A stretch of DNA of 64,000 bases from Octopus bimaculoides (GCF_001194135.2 NC_068982.1:64850686-64914685), one strand, 5' to 3'; positions 37,746-51,510 are shown, counted from the stretch's first letter. Notes: generated by a model from the sequence alone, not told the origin. Translations and numbers: made by a program.

Positions 37746-38809
37746 CACCCACCCAACCAATGGGCCTCTTTCGACCTCTGTCCACCGAATCCACCTGCAA
37801 GGCCATGGTCAGCTCAAAGTTACAGTAGAGGACTCTTGTCCAAGGTTCCACACAGTGGGACCAAACCTGGCCCCATTGTCTAAGATTGAGAAAAAAAATT
37901 AATTTCAACAGTGGGAATTAATTTTTTCCAAGTGGAAATATATTTTTGGTCTCTCTGTCTCTGAAAGGCCAGTAACTGAAACATTAAATACCTCTTTTTC
38001 CTATGACATATAATCATATACAAACTCACCAAATTTGCTGTATAATTTTTGTCAATGCAGACCATTACCAGTTTCCTCGAACTCTGTTGTTTACCATACG
38101 TTAATTAAGTGTAATATTTTAATTAAGTTAAGATTAGTATGTATGTTCTTGTTGGATGCCAATAAAGACTGGCCAGGATTGCATGTTGAACATAGTGTGT
38201 TGTTTCAGCCACTTAGCTACAATTAGATACAATAGCATGGCTGGTAATTTGGTGTTAAAAGCATTAAACTCACTGGATAATTTGTGAGTGATTACCATCG
38301 AGTTTACAAATGGAATTGTACTGGAACTTTTAAGATACAGCTTAAAGGTTGGTGCCCACCTAACTACTTTTGCCTTTTGCCATGGTGTTGCTCATCAAAT
38401 GAGCATTAACCAGCCAATCAGCAAACTGAACTTACATCAGGATATTGTGTGTGTGTGTTTCTGTGTGTGTGTGCACGCGTTAATAAATCTTTCCAACCAC
38501 ATAGTTTTGGGTTCAGTCCAACTGCATGGCATGTTGGGCAAGTGCCTTCTACTATAACCCAGGGCCAATCAAAGCCTTGTGAGTGGATTAGAGGGAAACT
38601 GAAAGAAGCCCATCATATTATGCATGTATGTGTGTACATGTGAGTATCTCATTGTCTTGGCAATGTGTGGTAGCTGTAATTGAACATCACCATCATAGAA
38701 GTGGTGTCCTTCGTTTTTAATATTCCATAAAAACATGTTTGATCAATGGGGGAAATATTAATTTACTTGGAAACAGGTGAGGGTTGGTAACAGCATGGAC
38801 ATTTTGATT

Positions 38810-39199
38810 GGCTGTGTGGTAAGTAGCTTGCTTACCAACCACATCGTTCCGGGTTCAGTCCCACTGCGTGGCACCTTGGGCAAGTGTCTTCTACTATAGC
38901 CTTGGGCCGACCAAAGCCTTGTGAGTGGGTTTGGTAGATGGAAACTGAAAGAAGCCCGTCGTATGTATGTATATATATATATATATGTATGTGTGTATCT
39001 GTGTTTGTCCCCCCAACATCACTTGACAACTGATGCTGGTGTGTTTAGGTCCCCGTAATATAGCGGTTCAGCAAAAAGAGACCGATAGAATAAGTACTAG
39101 GCTTACAAAGAATAAGTCCTGGGGTCGATTTGATTCGACTAAAGGCGGTGCTCCTGCATGGCCGCAGTCAAATGACTGAAACAAGTAAAAGAGTAAAAG
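38810..39199 (+). mobile_element. SINE family A, young near-full copy
   Basis: High similarity to 548-1146. Confidence 0.9.
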
Positions 39200-39677
39200 A
39201 CTATGCCTACATACATGTGCATATGCACACATACACACACACATACACACACACACGTATACATACATCTATCTACATAACAGCCCACTAACTATTCCAC
39301 CTCTATATAAATATGAACTGTGGGTATGGTGGTATGATTATCTACTACGTATTCCTGTATTTGTCTGAGTGTTAGGTCCTTTGGTTGCTTGGATAAAATG
39401 CAGATGTTAAGATGACACAGGTTGCCTCCATGTTGGTCCTTGGCATGTTCATAGAGTATGGAGGACTGTTAACTGCACGGTGTGTAGGATTAACCCTGGC
39501 ATTAACTGTAGAACTAGAAATGTATTTTACAGCATAAGATGCATAGAAGGTGCTTGTAAAGACATGAACATGACATACATAGAGGAAACACCTAGGAAAT
39601 GCCGAATGACTAAATGAACATTTGAGATCTCACTACCTCATGATTTAACCACGAGCCATGTTCCTTCAGATATATAT

Positions 39678-40005
39678 ACTCTTTTACTTGTTTCAGTCTT
39701 TTGACTGTGGCCATGCTGGAGCACCGCCTTTAGTCGAGCAAATCGACCCCAGGACTTATTCTTTAGAAGCCTAGTACTTATTCTATCGGTCTCTATTGCC
39801 GAACAGCTAAGTTACGGGGACATAAACACACCAGCATCGGTTGTCAAGCGATGTTGGGGGAATAAACACAGACACACATGCATATATATATATATACATA
39901 TATACGACGGGCTTCTTTCAGTTTCCGTCTCCCAAATCCATTCACAAGGCTTTGGTCGGCCCGAGGCTATATACAAGATGCCACGCAGTGGGACTGAACC
40001 CGGGA
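39678..40005 (-). mobile_element. SINE family A, young copy, inverted relative to 38810-39199
   Basis: Reverse complement of the consensus with the head truncated. Confidence 0.9.
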
Positions 40006-40382
40006 CCTAGTGCTCACCTGGTTTCGTGTTGTGAACCAGTGGAATGTCAAGGATGTGGCAACTGGAATGGTAGAAGATCTGCACCAGCATTGCGATGATA
40101 CTTGTTTTTCAGCAAAATAGACTAGAATAATGTAGTTGAAGTACCTTGTGCAAAGACACAGTGTTGTCCAGTCCAGGATTCAAACATGTAACTTTAAGAT
40201 TGAGAACACAACACCCTAACCACTAGGCTGCATACCAGTGTATGCAAATGCAGATAAGTGGTTAATCCTTGACTGATGGCAGTTCTTAGCATTGTGTTAT
40301 TTTATTTGGATTTGATTGTGTTGAATATGTGCTGTGTGAATTGTGCTATATATATTGGGAGATGATTACATAGAAATGTATA

Positions 40383-40601
40383 TGAAGATGTGCTGAAAAG
40401 TTCCTGGCTTTAAGGGTATTGCGAAAGGCCTAGTTGGAGGAGGCCCAACCTTCTGAGTTCTTTTACAGGGATTAGAAAACTGAGGGACTGCTGCAATATG
40501 GGTGTGAATCTGAGATGGGAATATGTTCCATAAAACCATAATTAACTGATCCTCATGTATTTTCTTTTATCCAAAGCCAGGAACTTTTCAACACCCCATT
40601 G
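40383..40601 (+). mobile_element. Mariner-derived MITE (internal deletion derivative)
   Basis: TA TSDs. TIRs GTGCTGAAAAGTTCCTGGCTT / AAGCCAGGAACTTTTCAACAC. The interior retains a degraded transposase C-terminus similar to GLRKLRDRCNKCVNLRGEYVE*. Confidence 0.85.
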
Positions 40602-41064
40602 TATGTACACACACACACACACACGTACACATTTGTTGTATATTGTTTTTTTTCAGATAGTGATTACATTGCATGTTTGTTGTCTGAGCTGAATTATTTT
40701 TATGAGTATTATCATTATATATTTATCTGACTTATTACTTACACATCTAGTTGAAACACAAGCTACAATTATGTAACAGAAACTGGTATTAATGATGCTT
40801 TATAACTTCCCCAACATTACTTACTGCCCTACACCCCTGTACATCTATTTCCTGCTAGCTCTGTTGCCTTAGGGAAATAATATTCTTTATGAGGCAGCTT
40901 ATGACACTTTCTCAAATATGCTATTCATCTTTTTCTATTCTATGGTAGTCTGGATTTTGTTCTTAGTCTCTTTTATTTTTCTTTATTTTTTTCTTTTTTA
41001 ATCATTTTTTTTTTTTTTTCATCTTTTATCTTGATTGTATTAAATAAGCAAGTCAGATTGTATG

Positions 41065-41103
<39 letters not shown>

Positions 41104-41399
41104 TCACGCTGGATAGTCAGCTTTTACCTGTTTAATCTGCTTACATAAGAGACATAACTTAGTTCGTCACTTTGATTAATTGACTGTAAGATATTCACAT
41201 CTGCTATCTATCTATTCATATTAGGAATTTACATGTTCATATTTATCAGCTTTTATTGATTACTTTTCATTATTTTCTGTAATTAACTTAGCATTTTTGA
41301 AATCATGGAATCTGCATGAATTCTTTGTACTGGTAGAATATTTGCATTCTTGGTTGCAGGGAAGATGTGTAAATCATTGAAGAAAGTAGATTTTTTATT

Positions 41400-42800
41400 A
41401 TTATGGTGGCAAGCTGGCAGAATCATTAATGTGCTGAGCTAAATGTTTAGTGGTATTTCTTCTGGTTCTTTATCTTCTGAGTTCAAATTCTGCCAAGGTC
41501 ATCCTTGCCTTTCATACTTGATAAAAATAAAGTACCAGATAAGCACTGTGGTTAATGTAACTGACTATCCCCTCCTACAAAATCTCAAACTTTGTGCCTA
41601 TATTAAGGGCGGTGAGCTGGCAGAAACGTTAGCACGCCGGGCAAAATGCTTAGCGGTATTTCGTCTGCGTTACTTCCTGATTTCAAACTTCGCTGGGGTC
41701 GACTTTGCCTTTCATCCTTTCGGGGTCGATTAAATAAGTACCAGTTACACACTGTGGTTGATGTAATCGACTTAAACCCTTTGTCTGTCCTTGTTTGTCC
41801 CCTCTATGTTTAGCCCCCTGTGGGCAATAAAGAAATGTATATTAGAGTTGGCAGAATTGTTTGCATGTTGGACAAGATGCTTAGCGGTATGTCTTTTGAT
41901 TCATTACTTTCTGAGTTCAATTTGCGTCAAGGTTGACTTTACCTTTCATCCTTTCTGGGTTGATAAATTAAGCACTAGTTGAACCCTGAGGTTGATGTAA
42001 TTGATGAGCCCCCTCCCCCAAAATTTCCGGCCTTATGCCTATAGTAGAAAGGATTATTATTATTATTATTCTATTGAATTGGCAGTGGAATTGCAGTATT
42101 TGTTCTGGCTTTTTACTTTTTGAGTTCAAATCAGAGGCCAACCTTTTCCTTTCACTCTTTTGAAGTTGATAAAATAAAGTACTTGTCAAGTACTGGAGTT
42201 GATGTAATCAACTAACCCCAATTCCCTAAAATTGCTGCCCTTGTGTCAAAACTTTGAAACCATAATTGTTGTTGTTGTTATTATTATGTGAAGGCAGTGA
42301 GCTGACAGAATTGTTAGTATGTTAGACAAAATACTTAGCAGCATTCCTTTCATCTTTACATTCTGAGTTCAAATTGCATCAAGGTCGACTTTGCCTTTCA
42401 TCCTTTTGAGGTCAATAAAATAAGTCCCAGTTGAGTACTGAGGTCAATGTAACTGTTTAACCTCCTACCCCCAAATTTCAGGCCTTGTGCCTATAGTAGA
42501 AAGGATTATTCTAATTTTTATAATCATTAAGGTGGTGAGCTAGCAAAATCATTAGCATGCCAGATAAAATACTTAGTGGCATTTCATCTGTCTTTACTTT
42601 CTGAGTTCAAATTCTGCCAAGGTCAACTTTGCCTTTCATCCTTTTAGGATCGATAAAATAAGCAGCAGCTGAGCACTGGAGTTGATATAATCAACTAGCA
42701 CCCCACTGCCTCCCCCAAATTTCAGGCCTTGTGCCTTGTGAGGTTAACTTTTCCTTTCATATTTTGAAGGTCAATTACATAAAGTAACTAGTCTATTACT
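41400..42800 (+). repeat. Second head-to-tail array of about 6-7 SINE D copies
   Basis: Same unit as 31900-33350. One CpG-intact young copy lies at 41606-41835. Confidence 0.85.
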
Positions 42801-42986
42801 AGAAGCAATGTTATTGACTAATCCTCTCTTCAAATTTGGGCTTTTCTAAGTCATTAGAGTGTAATTTAAGGGAGATTTGACTACTATTTCAAGCATTGTG
42901 AGGTGTCTGATTGCTTTTCTTTGTGTTCTCTGTTCAAATTATGCAAGGGTCAACTTTATCTTACATTCACCTAGTGTTGGTAAAAT

Positions 42987-43334
42987 TGTTGGCACTCCGT
43001 TGCTTACGACGTCGAGGGTTCCAGTTGATCCGATCAACGGAACAGCCTGCTCGTGAAATTAACGTGCAAATGGCTGAGCACTCCACAGACACGTGTACCC
43101 TTAACATAGTTCTCGGGGATATTCAGTGTGACAAAGCTGACCCTTTGAATTACAGGCACAACGGAAACAGGAAGTAAGAGTACAGCAGGGTTCGCCACCA
43201 TCTCCTGCCGGAGCCTCGTGGAGCTTTAGGTGTTTTCGCTCAATAAACACTCACAACGCCCGGTCTGGGAATCGAAACCACGATCCTACGACTGCGAATC
43301 CGCTGCCTTAACCACTGGGCCATTGCGCTTCCAC
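42987..43334 (-). mobile_element. Young tRNA(Arg)-like SINE family C
   Basis: 11-bp TSD GTTGGTAAAAT (42976-42986, 43335-43345). A box TGGCCCAGTGG and B box GGTTTCGATTCC on the minus strand. Confidence 0.9.
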
Positions 43335-44116
43335 GTTGGTAAAATAAATACCAGACAACTACCTCTTCTTCAATATTTGTGACTTTATCACCTACTGAGG
43401 TTGTTATCCCTTCAACATATGATATTTAATATATTGATATACTGTATAAAAGTGATGGAATGACAAATTTAATAAAAAAAAAAGGATGACTGCTGGAGTA
43501 ATTTGATAATGGTTTTGATGACTTTAATGTTTATGCATTGACAATGCTGCTAATGTTCTGTTTGTCTTTATGGCAGCCAAAAAAGCTAATAGTTTTGTCT
43601 TTGATCATTTATTTGCATGTTCCAGGCTAATTGTTTTTGAGGGTAGCTAACAACAACAAGAGCAACTTTATAGGTATAACAGGATGTATGATACCATCAT
43701 AGTGTCTGACTTTGCACTAAATACTTCTCCTAATTTTTCCACCCCAGCACTGCAATTCTCTGGAATCCAGTCCCTTGCCTATGCATTTTTCTGCAAACAT
43801 TGACTGACCTTCAAATGTTCAAACTGTAACAGATGATGACTGTCTTTTCTTCTCACCAGACTGAGAGGAACTACAAAGGTCAAAGGCTCTGCTTTTCCTC
43901 ATTTGACTCCACAAATTTAGAAATGTCATCGACTGTTATATTTGTTTAAAGAAAGATTTTCTTTTTCAGTTAATTGAAATTGTTTTTATTTCTTATTCCA
44001 AAATGTTTTTTTTTCTTTCTTTCTTTGATAAAAATCTCAAGTTGATTGAAGCTAAAAATAGTTGGAATCTGAAAATTAAAATTAATTTAAAGAAGTAAAA
44101 ATATAAACTTAAAATA

Positions 44117-44880
44117 TAGGTGCAGGTAAGACTGTATGGTTAAGAAGCTCATTTGCAACTGCATAGTTTCAGGTTCAGTTCCACTGTGTGGTACCTTGGG
44201 CAAGTGTTTTCTACTATAGTCCTGAACCAACCGAGGCCTAGTGAATGTAGTCGGTAGATGGAAACTGTATGGAAGTCTTTCATGTGTGTCTATCTTTGAG
44301 CCTGTGTTTGTTATCCCCCACATTACTTGACAACTGGTGTTGGTTTGTTTACAACCCTTGTAACTTAGTGGCATGGCAAAAGAAACTGATAAAATATGTA
44401 TGAGACTTTAAAAAAATAAGTACTGAGGTCAATTTGTTTGACTAAAAACCTTCAAGTGGTGCCCCTGCATGACTGCAGTGAAATGACTGAAACCAATAAA
44501 GCAATGGTTCTCAACTGGGATCCATATGGTCCCTGAGGGTCCATATAAGGTTTTTGGGGGTCGACGCAACAAAATTGTAAATTGGGGATCCACAATAGTA
44601 CTTTGAAGATCCCTGAAAAAATTTCACTTTAGATGTGTGTATTGGTTATGTATTGCAAGAAACAGCCAGGTTTCTTTCTCTAACATTTTACATAGTTTAA
44701 CCTACACAAGTTAATGCATGAAAAACGAAATAGTAATTTTTGAAAGAAGTATCTGTAAAACTAGTTTTTAAACAGTGAATGGCTATGGGGGTCCACCAGA
44801 ATAAAAACATAATCAAAGGGGTCCATAGATAAAAAAATGGCTGAGAACCCTTGCAGTAAAGGATAAAAGATATATTAATC
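44117..44880 (+). mobile_element. SINE family A interrupted in its tail by a hAT MITE
   Basis: Head at about 44120. Tail tgactgaaaccaataaag is interrupted and resumes cagtaaaggataaaaga. Confidence 0.8.
44502..44853. mobile_element. hAT (Charlie-type) MITE
   Basis: TIRs CAATGGTTCTCAAC / GCTGAGAACCCTTG (12/14). TSD caataaag / cagtaaag (7/8). Partial inverted copy at about 57770-57902. Confidence 0.85.
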
Positions 44881-45241
44881 TAAATTTGAATTTCAATATC
44901 ATATTGAATGTCAGTTGAAGTTCGAATTTCAATTTCTGTTTTTGAAATTGTTCATATTCTGCTTTAATTGTCTCTTGCTTCAGCTTATGAAAACTTTAGT
45001 TAATCAGTTTGAAACTTGAAACTTAATGAAATATTTTTTAAAAATGTAATGAAATGTAATAAATTTGATCCTTCATTTCAACCTTTGCTTGGATTCACAT
45101 CATCCTAAAGGATATTATCAAAAGCTTCAATTGGTAAATTACAAGAAAAAGATAGGAAAATAAATACAGAAAAGTCTACAATTGTTTATTCATCAATATA
45201 TAAAAAATGAAATCCATTAATAACTGAAAATTATATGAATA

Positions 45242-45291
<50 letters not shown>

Positions 45292-45386
45292 NNNNNNNNN
45301 NNNNNNNNNNNNNNNNNNNNNNNNNNNNNNNNNNNNNNNNNNNNNNNNNNNNNNNNNNNNNNNNNNNNNNNNNNNNNNNNNNNNNN

Positions 45387-45570
<184 letters not shown>

Positions 45571-45659
45571 AGTGTTAGGTAGGACATAAACTGTAGAAAT
45601 CAATCCAGGATGTGATTTTCTGACTCATCTTGGAGAAAAATAACTTTCAATAAAAACTG

Positions 45660-45890
45660 ATTAGAATGTTGCAGGAAATAATTGTAAGATGAATTCTTCA
45701 AGCAAAGCTGACCGGTAGGAGACCTAAAGGTAGACCAAGAATGTTTGGATAATATCCATCGTCTTAGATGGTTATACTTGGGAATCTAGCTGGAAAGTCT
45801 AAAGATGGTTGATTCTGACAGGATCCTAGGATGTACTCCCATGACATTCTTAGGAATAGTGAGTGGAAAAGATGGATGAATAAATGTGTG
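45660..45890 (+). mobile_element. Degraded RTE-like LINE 3' end (second family)
   Basis: ILQAKLTGRRPKGRPR..., related to 62880-63075. Confidence 0.55.
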
Positions 45891-45939
45891 TGTGTATGTG
45901 TGTACATATATTAGGTCTCCTATGTAACAGAAACTATCA

Positions 45940-46960
45940 ACTACACCTAAAAAGCTACCTGGACATTTGAGAGAGTCTATTTTGCATATGCTCTTAGTGC
46001 TTATTGCTTAGCCTGTATGTGATCTGACCACACACTTATGCAACCGGTTTGTAATGAATACACTATAGAATTCCAACCTGTTTCTTTTCTATATATTGAA
46101 CATGACCATTTCCATGATAATAGCAGGACCCTGGCTGTTCTACTTTCAAATACTTTAGTCTTTGCTAAGTTTACTTTGATGCTTCTTGAATCTAGGTTTT
46201 GTTCCTACATCTGGAATGTCTTTTCTAATTCTACATACTCAGCTACAAGAATTATGTCAGTATATACGAGTTTCATGGGTAGCAAGTCTTAAACTTTTCT
46301 GTTTTTGCTTGGAGGACTATAATAAATGGTTGGGGACTGAAGAACCAAGCCCTGATGCACTTCTACCTTCATGCTAATTTCATCACTATACTCATTACTA
46401 ACTTTCACCTTGCTGATTGAGCCTCTGTACATGGCTTGTACAGCTCTCACAAGCTATTTATTTCCTCCTTGCTTTCTTAATGACTACCAGATCACAGAGT
46501 GTGAAATGTTGTCAAAGGCCTTCTCTAGATTGACAAATACCAGATATAGATTATTCTTGGTTTTGCACTTCTACAATAGTCTCACTTGAAAGACAGCAAT
46601 AATAGCACTTCTTTTTGGCATAAAACCAAAATTGTGTCTCATCTTAGTTCATTTTATTCCTAATCAATTGAGATATAACTCTTTCCATAACTTTCACAAC
46701 TTGATCTAATATTTTAACACCTCTGTAGTTTCCTCTTTCTAGCGCATCTCTGACCTTGTAGTAGTTGATGATGATGCTGTTATACCAATTATTGAGTATG
46801 ACACCCTTTTGTACTACCTTATTTACTATGTGAATGACTAGTCCATTTCCCACTCTTCCAAGCCTCACTGTGGTAATTCCTGATAGATCAAGTACCTTCT
46901 CTGCCTTCGTGTCCTTAATCATCCTAGCCACCACCAGGTCACCCTGTTTTGGTTATGGAC
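45940..46960 (-). mobile_element. RTE-clade LINE reverse transcriptase fragment (pseudogenised)
   Basis: Minus strand DALERGNYRGVKILDQVVKVMERVI..., NFGFMP, LYLVFVNLEKAFD, VHQG motifs, with many stops. Confidence 0.85.
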
Positions 46961-48759
46961 CTTACTAAATCAGACCATTATGTACTATGACTCTTAACAA
47001 TAGTAAATTTAATATAATAAAAGATATTCTCACCTGGTTGAGTAGATAAAAATCCTATTTTCAACACCTTACAATATAATTATACATATTTTTGTTTGGT
47101 AGTAAAAGTTTTTTTTTAAACACACACANNNNNNNNNNNNNNNNNNNNNNNNNNNNNNNNNNNNNNNNNNNNNNNNNNNNNNNNNNNNNNNNNNNNNNNN
47201 NNNNNNNNNNNNNNNNNNNNNNNNNNNNNNNNTGTGTGTATACATACATACATACATATATACACACACACATATTCTGTAATTGAAAATTTAGTTTATC
47301 TTACTAAAAATAGCTGCCTTGTTATCAGTCTAAATTTGCCATGAATAAAACTTTAACAATGGTCTTCTTGTTGGAAGAAAAGAGCATTTCCTGGTTACAA
47401 ACCCTTTTATCAGTTTAATAATGTCTTTTATACAGTCTGCATGAGGATGTATACAATCATAGCTGAAGGAACACGAGATGTGCCATCTGAGTAACTTTAA
47501 AAATAAATATTTTTTTTTTTTACCTTCTTATTTACAACATCAATATGATATCAACAAACAGATACAACTTTTTGTCTTTTTCCTGTTTTTGAAATCTAAT
47601 ATAAAATTAGAAGTAAACCCTCCCCCATTTTATCTATTTTAAAGAGTAATGTCACTGAAACCTTCAGGCATAAAAGGGTTTTGAATTTTATTCTTACTCA
47701 TATATGTCTCATCAGAAGTATTATCATTGTTAAAATAGAAGATTGGCTATCAGTAAAGATCCAGTAAAATACCTTACTATAATATTAATTGCCTTTCTGT
47801 GCATTTTGTGTTCGCTTCCTGTCAGGGTTATCTTTGCTTTTCTTGTTTCCTGGTTCATTAAAATAAGTAAATACTTATCAAATACTAAGGTAGATTAATT
47901 GCCTGTTTTTAGCACTCCCTTCGCCCTCTTGAATCTATGGCCTTCTATCTGTATGAGGAATTTTAATTATTAACGTTGGTATTTACATTATAAGAAATTT
48001 AAAATTTTGAGATAAAGTATTTTTTTTTTATGGTGGTACTCAAAGTGGATAAGGCTATAAATAATAGTATATAGAATATTAGGTTAAAAAAAACTGGTAC
48101 CTTTGACTTTTTTTTCCATCCAAAGGTTTTATTTTAAACCCAATATTTTACATTCTGTTATTTATAGCTTTATTGAGTTCTGCTGTAAAAAATTAATTTA
48201 TTATGTATTTTTTTTTTCTGGAGATGTCATTAGGTCTGACCTCTCGCCTCACTGCTTTTATCATCTTCTTTTTATATTTTGACTCTACACAACTTTTGTG
48301 ACTTAGTTGTTGCTGTTTAACCCTGGTGAACCCTGATCATCCAGACCTATGATCAAAAGCATTCCAACTATGGCAATCACATCTTTTTGTATATCTGTGT
48401 AATACTGTGTAATGTCTCTTTCTTCATTTTGTTTGCAAGTAATTAGGGTTGGTGAGAGAGAAAGAGAGATTTTGTTGTAATTTCTAGCAGGTCCAGCAAC
48501 TACATAGAGACTCTCTCTCTCGCTCATTGCTTCTGTTTTAATGCATTTGGAAGTTTATGTACAAATATGGCTTCTAAAAATGTTTGGTTAATATACCTAC
48601 CAAAACCTACTGTAAATGGGTACAAGCATGGCTGTGTGGTTAAGAAGCTCACTTTGAAGCCATATGTGTCTGGGTTCATGAGCAAGTGTCTTTTTTTGTA
48701 TCCTATCTGTGACCAATACTTTGTGGGGTGAATTTAGCAGATGGATATACTCTTTTACT

Positions 48760-49150
48760 TGTTTCAGTCTTTTGACTGTGGCCATGCTGGAGCACCACCT
48801 TTTAGTCGAGCAAATCGACCCCAGGACTTATTCTTTAGAAGCCTAGTACTTATTCTATCAATCCATTTTGCCGAACCGCTAAGTTACGGGGACATAAACA
48901 CACCAGCATCGGTTGTCAAGCGATGTTGGGGGGACAAACACACACATACAAACATACACACACACATACATATATATATAAATACATATATACGACGGGC
49001 TTCTTTCAGTTTCTGTCTACCAAATCCACTCACAAGGCTTTGGTCAGCCCGAGGCTATAGTAGAAGACACTTGCCCAAGATGCCGCGCAGTGGGACTGAA
49101 CCCGGGACCATGTGGTTAGTAAGCTAGCTACTTACCACACAGCCACTCCT
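48760..49150 (-). mobile_element. SINE family A
   Basis: Near-full reverse copy. Confidence 0.9.
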
Positions 49151-49522
49151 ATTGGCAAATTAAAGGATGTAAATAATGAGAAAACTGAAATATGATGTTT
49201 TATGGGCAAAATCTCTTAAGAGATATTTGCTCTTCATTGGGTTGCTGCCATTTCCTTGTCAATCTTGCCGTCAGAAATGCAGTGAACCAGTAACTAACCT
49301 ATTGGAAGTCTGTAACCAATGACGTTGTTCACCAGTTGAGGTGTCAAATAGATAAAGAAATAAATGAGATAAATGTTTGAGAAAACTTTGAACAGTTGAT
49401 GTCAATAAATAAAGACAAAGAGAAAAAATATTGTATTACCTTTCATAGGTTGTTTGAAGATCCTGTAAATATTTTGGGAAAGATTCCCTCTTCTCAAATA
49501 GAAGAAAGAAAGTAATTAAAGA

Positions 49523-49761
49523 TTACGGAGATGTACTTGCGTAGCAAGTGACCTGATCTGAGATCATGTGCTGGAACGAAAACAATTGCAGCGTGGAAGG
49601 TGTTTATAAGCCATTTAAAATAACACACAAAAGCCGTCAGATTCACTTCAACATTTAAATTTAATTTTAATTTTTAAATTTAATTTAATTTAAATTTAAA
49701 TGTTGAAGTGAATCTGACGGCTTTTGTGTGTTATTTTAAATGGCTTATAAACACCTTCCAC
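49523..49761 (-). mobile_element. Foldback (long hairpin) element, copy 2
   Basis: Perfect 72-bp arms at 49593-49664 and 49690-49761, AT-only 25-nt loop, same unique terminus as copy 1 in reverse, 12-bp TSD AGTAATTAAAGA. Confidence 0.85.
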
Positions 49762-50131
49762 AGTAATTAAAGAGTTTGAAGAAATGTGTTGTTACCAGCA
49801 GACCATTTTAAAATGTTGTGAAAACTGGATCTGAAAAGATGAGGTTCATGAATCTTATTACTTTAACATAACAGTATATATAACTGTATGTGCATACGTA
49901 AATACATACTCCTGTGTCTGGTCAACACAGAATAATTATATCAAAGAATAGTAGCTGAAAGAGAAAAACTACTTTACTTCTCTTGGCCAATACAATCAGT
50001 AATGATAGAAATCTCAATAAGTTAAATCACAAAGTGAGCAAGGCTAGCTTGACATTCATAAGAGAGAACAACTGTGGAACAAGAAGCACGTCAGTCCAAA
50101 TTAATTCACTGTTGCATTTTTAATTATATAT

Positions 50132-50498
50132 TTTACTCTTTTACGTGTTTCAGTCATTTGACTGCGGCCATGCTGGAGCACCGCCTTTAGTCGAGCAAAT
50201 CAACCCCAGGACTTATTCTTTGTAAGCCTAGTACTTATTCTATCGGTCTCTTTTGCCAAACCGCTAAGTTACGGGGACGTAAACACACCAGCATATACAC
50301 GCACATACATATATATATATATATACATATATATGACGGGCTTCTTTCAGTTTCCGTCTACCAAATCCACTCACAAGGCTTTGGTCGGCCCGAGGCTATA
50401 GTAGAAGACACTTGCCCAAGGTGCCACACAGTGGGAATGAATCCGGAACCATGTGGTTGGTAAGCAAGCTACTTACCACACAGCCACTCCTGCGCCTA
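50132..50498 (-). mobile_element. SINE family A (small internal deletion)
   Basis: Reverse copy with CpGs intact. Confidence 0.9.
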
Positions 50499-51097
50499 TA
50501 TATTGGTTATATTATAATGATGTCTGGAGCACAACTTACATAAAGTCAAATCTTTATTGAATTCTCACACATGTATATTAATATAATGATGAGGTTTTGA
50601 TCAAGAGTTTATTTTAAATATGAACATTTTTTATACAGATGGTCATGGGTGGGTTGAAAGGGTTAAGAGGAGACAGTCATCATCTTTGATAAAAAAAAAA
50701 AAACGTTTGTAAAACATTGATTTATAGTTTGCTCAGTGAAAACTTTCCTGCATCAATGTTTGCTGTTTATGATTGAGGTGCAAATTCATGTGTTCAGCTA
50801 TGATACTGTTTTAACCACTTGGCAATGGGATTAATTTTCCAGACAACTGGATTAATTTGTCAGACAACAGATGATTTGACTATAAATAACCTGGAATGCA
50901 GGCAATATAATGCAACAGCAGCAAAATGACTTAACGTTGGTTGACGCATTACCTATACCGATAGATGTTCATTACATACGTAATGTTCTGTTTTTTCAGT
51001 GAAATACACACGTGATCTGCTGTTATATGATTAAAAGATTTAAAAGGAAAAACTGTTTAATAGTGTGATGTTGCTTATCTAGTTATCTTGTAGTATA

Positions 51098-51510
51098 CTC
51101 TTACTCTTTTTACTCTTTTACTTATTTCAGTCATTTGACTGTGGCCATGCTGGAGCACTGCCTTTAGTCGAGCAAATCGACCCCAGGACTTATTCTTTGT
51201 AAGCCTAGTACTTATTCTTTTCAGTTTCTTTTGCTGAACCGCTAAGTTATGGGTGACGTAAACACACCACCATTGGTTGTCAAGCGATGGTGGGGGGACA
51301 AACACAGACACACAAACATATACACACATACATATATACATATATACGACAGGCTTCTTTCAGTTTCCGTCTACCAAATCCACTCACAAGGCTTTGGTCG
51401 GCCTGAGGCTATAGTAGAAGACACTTGCCCAAGGTGCCACGCAGTGGGACTGAACCCGGAACCATGTGGTTGGTAAGCAAGCTACTTATCACACAGCCAC
51501 TCCTGTGCCT
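51098..51510 (-). mobile_element. SINE family A
   Basis: Near-full reverse copy. Confidence 0.9.

Noticed and set aside
43845-43950. Good acceptor cttttcttctcaccAG as the next PAWR exon
   Set aside because: The phase-0 translation TERNYKGQRLCF... has no Par-4 similarity, no convincing donor and an early stop.
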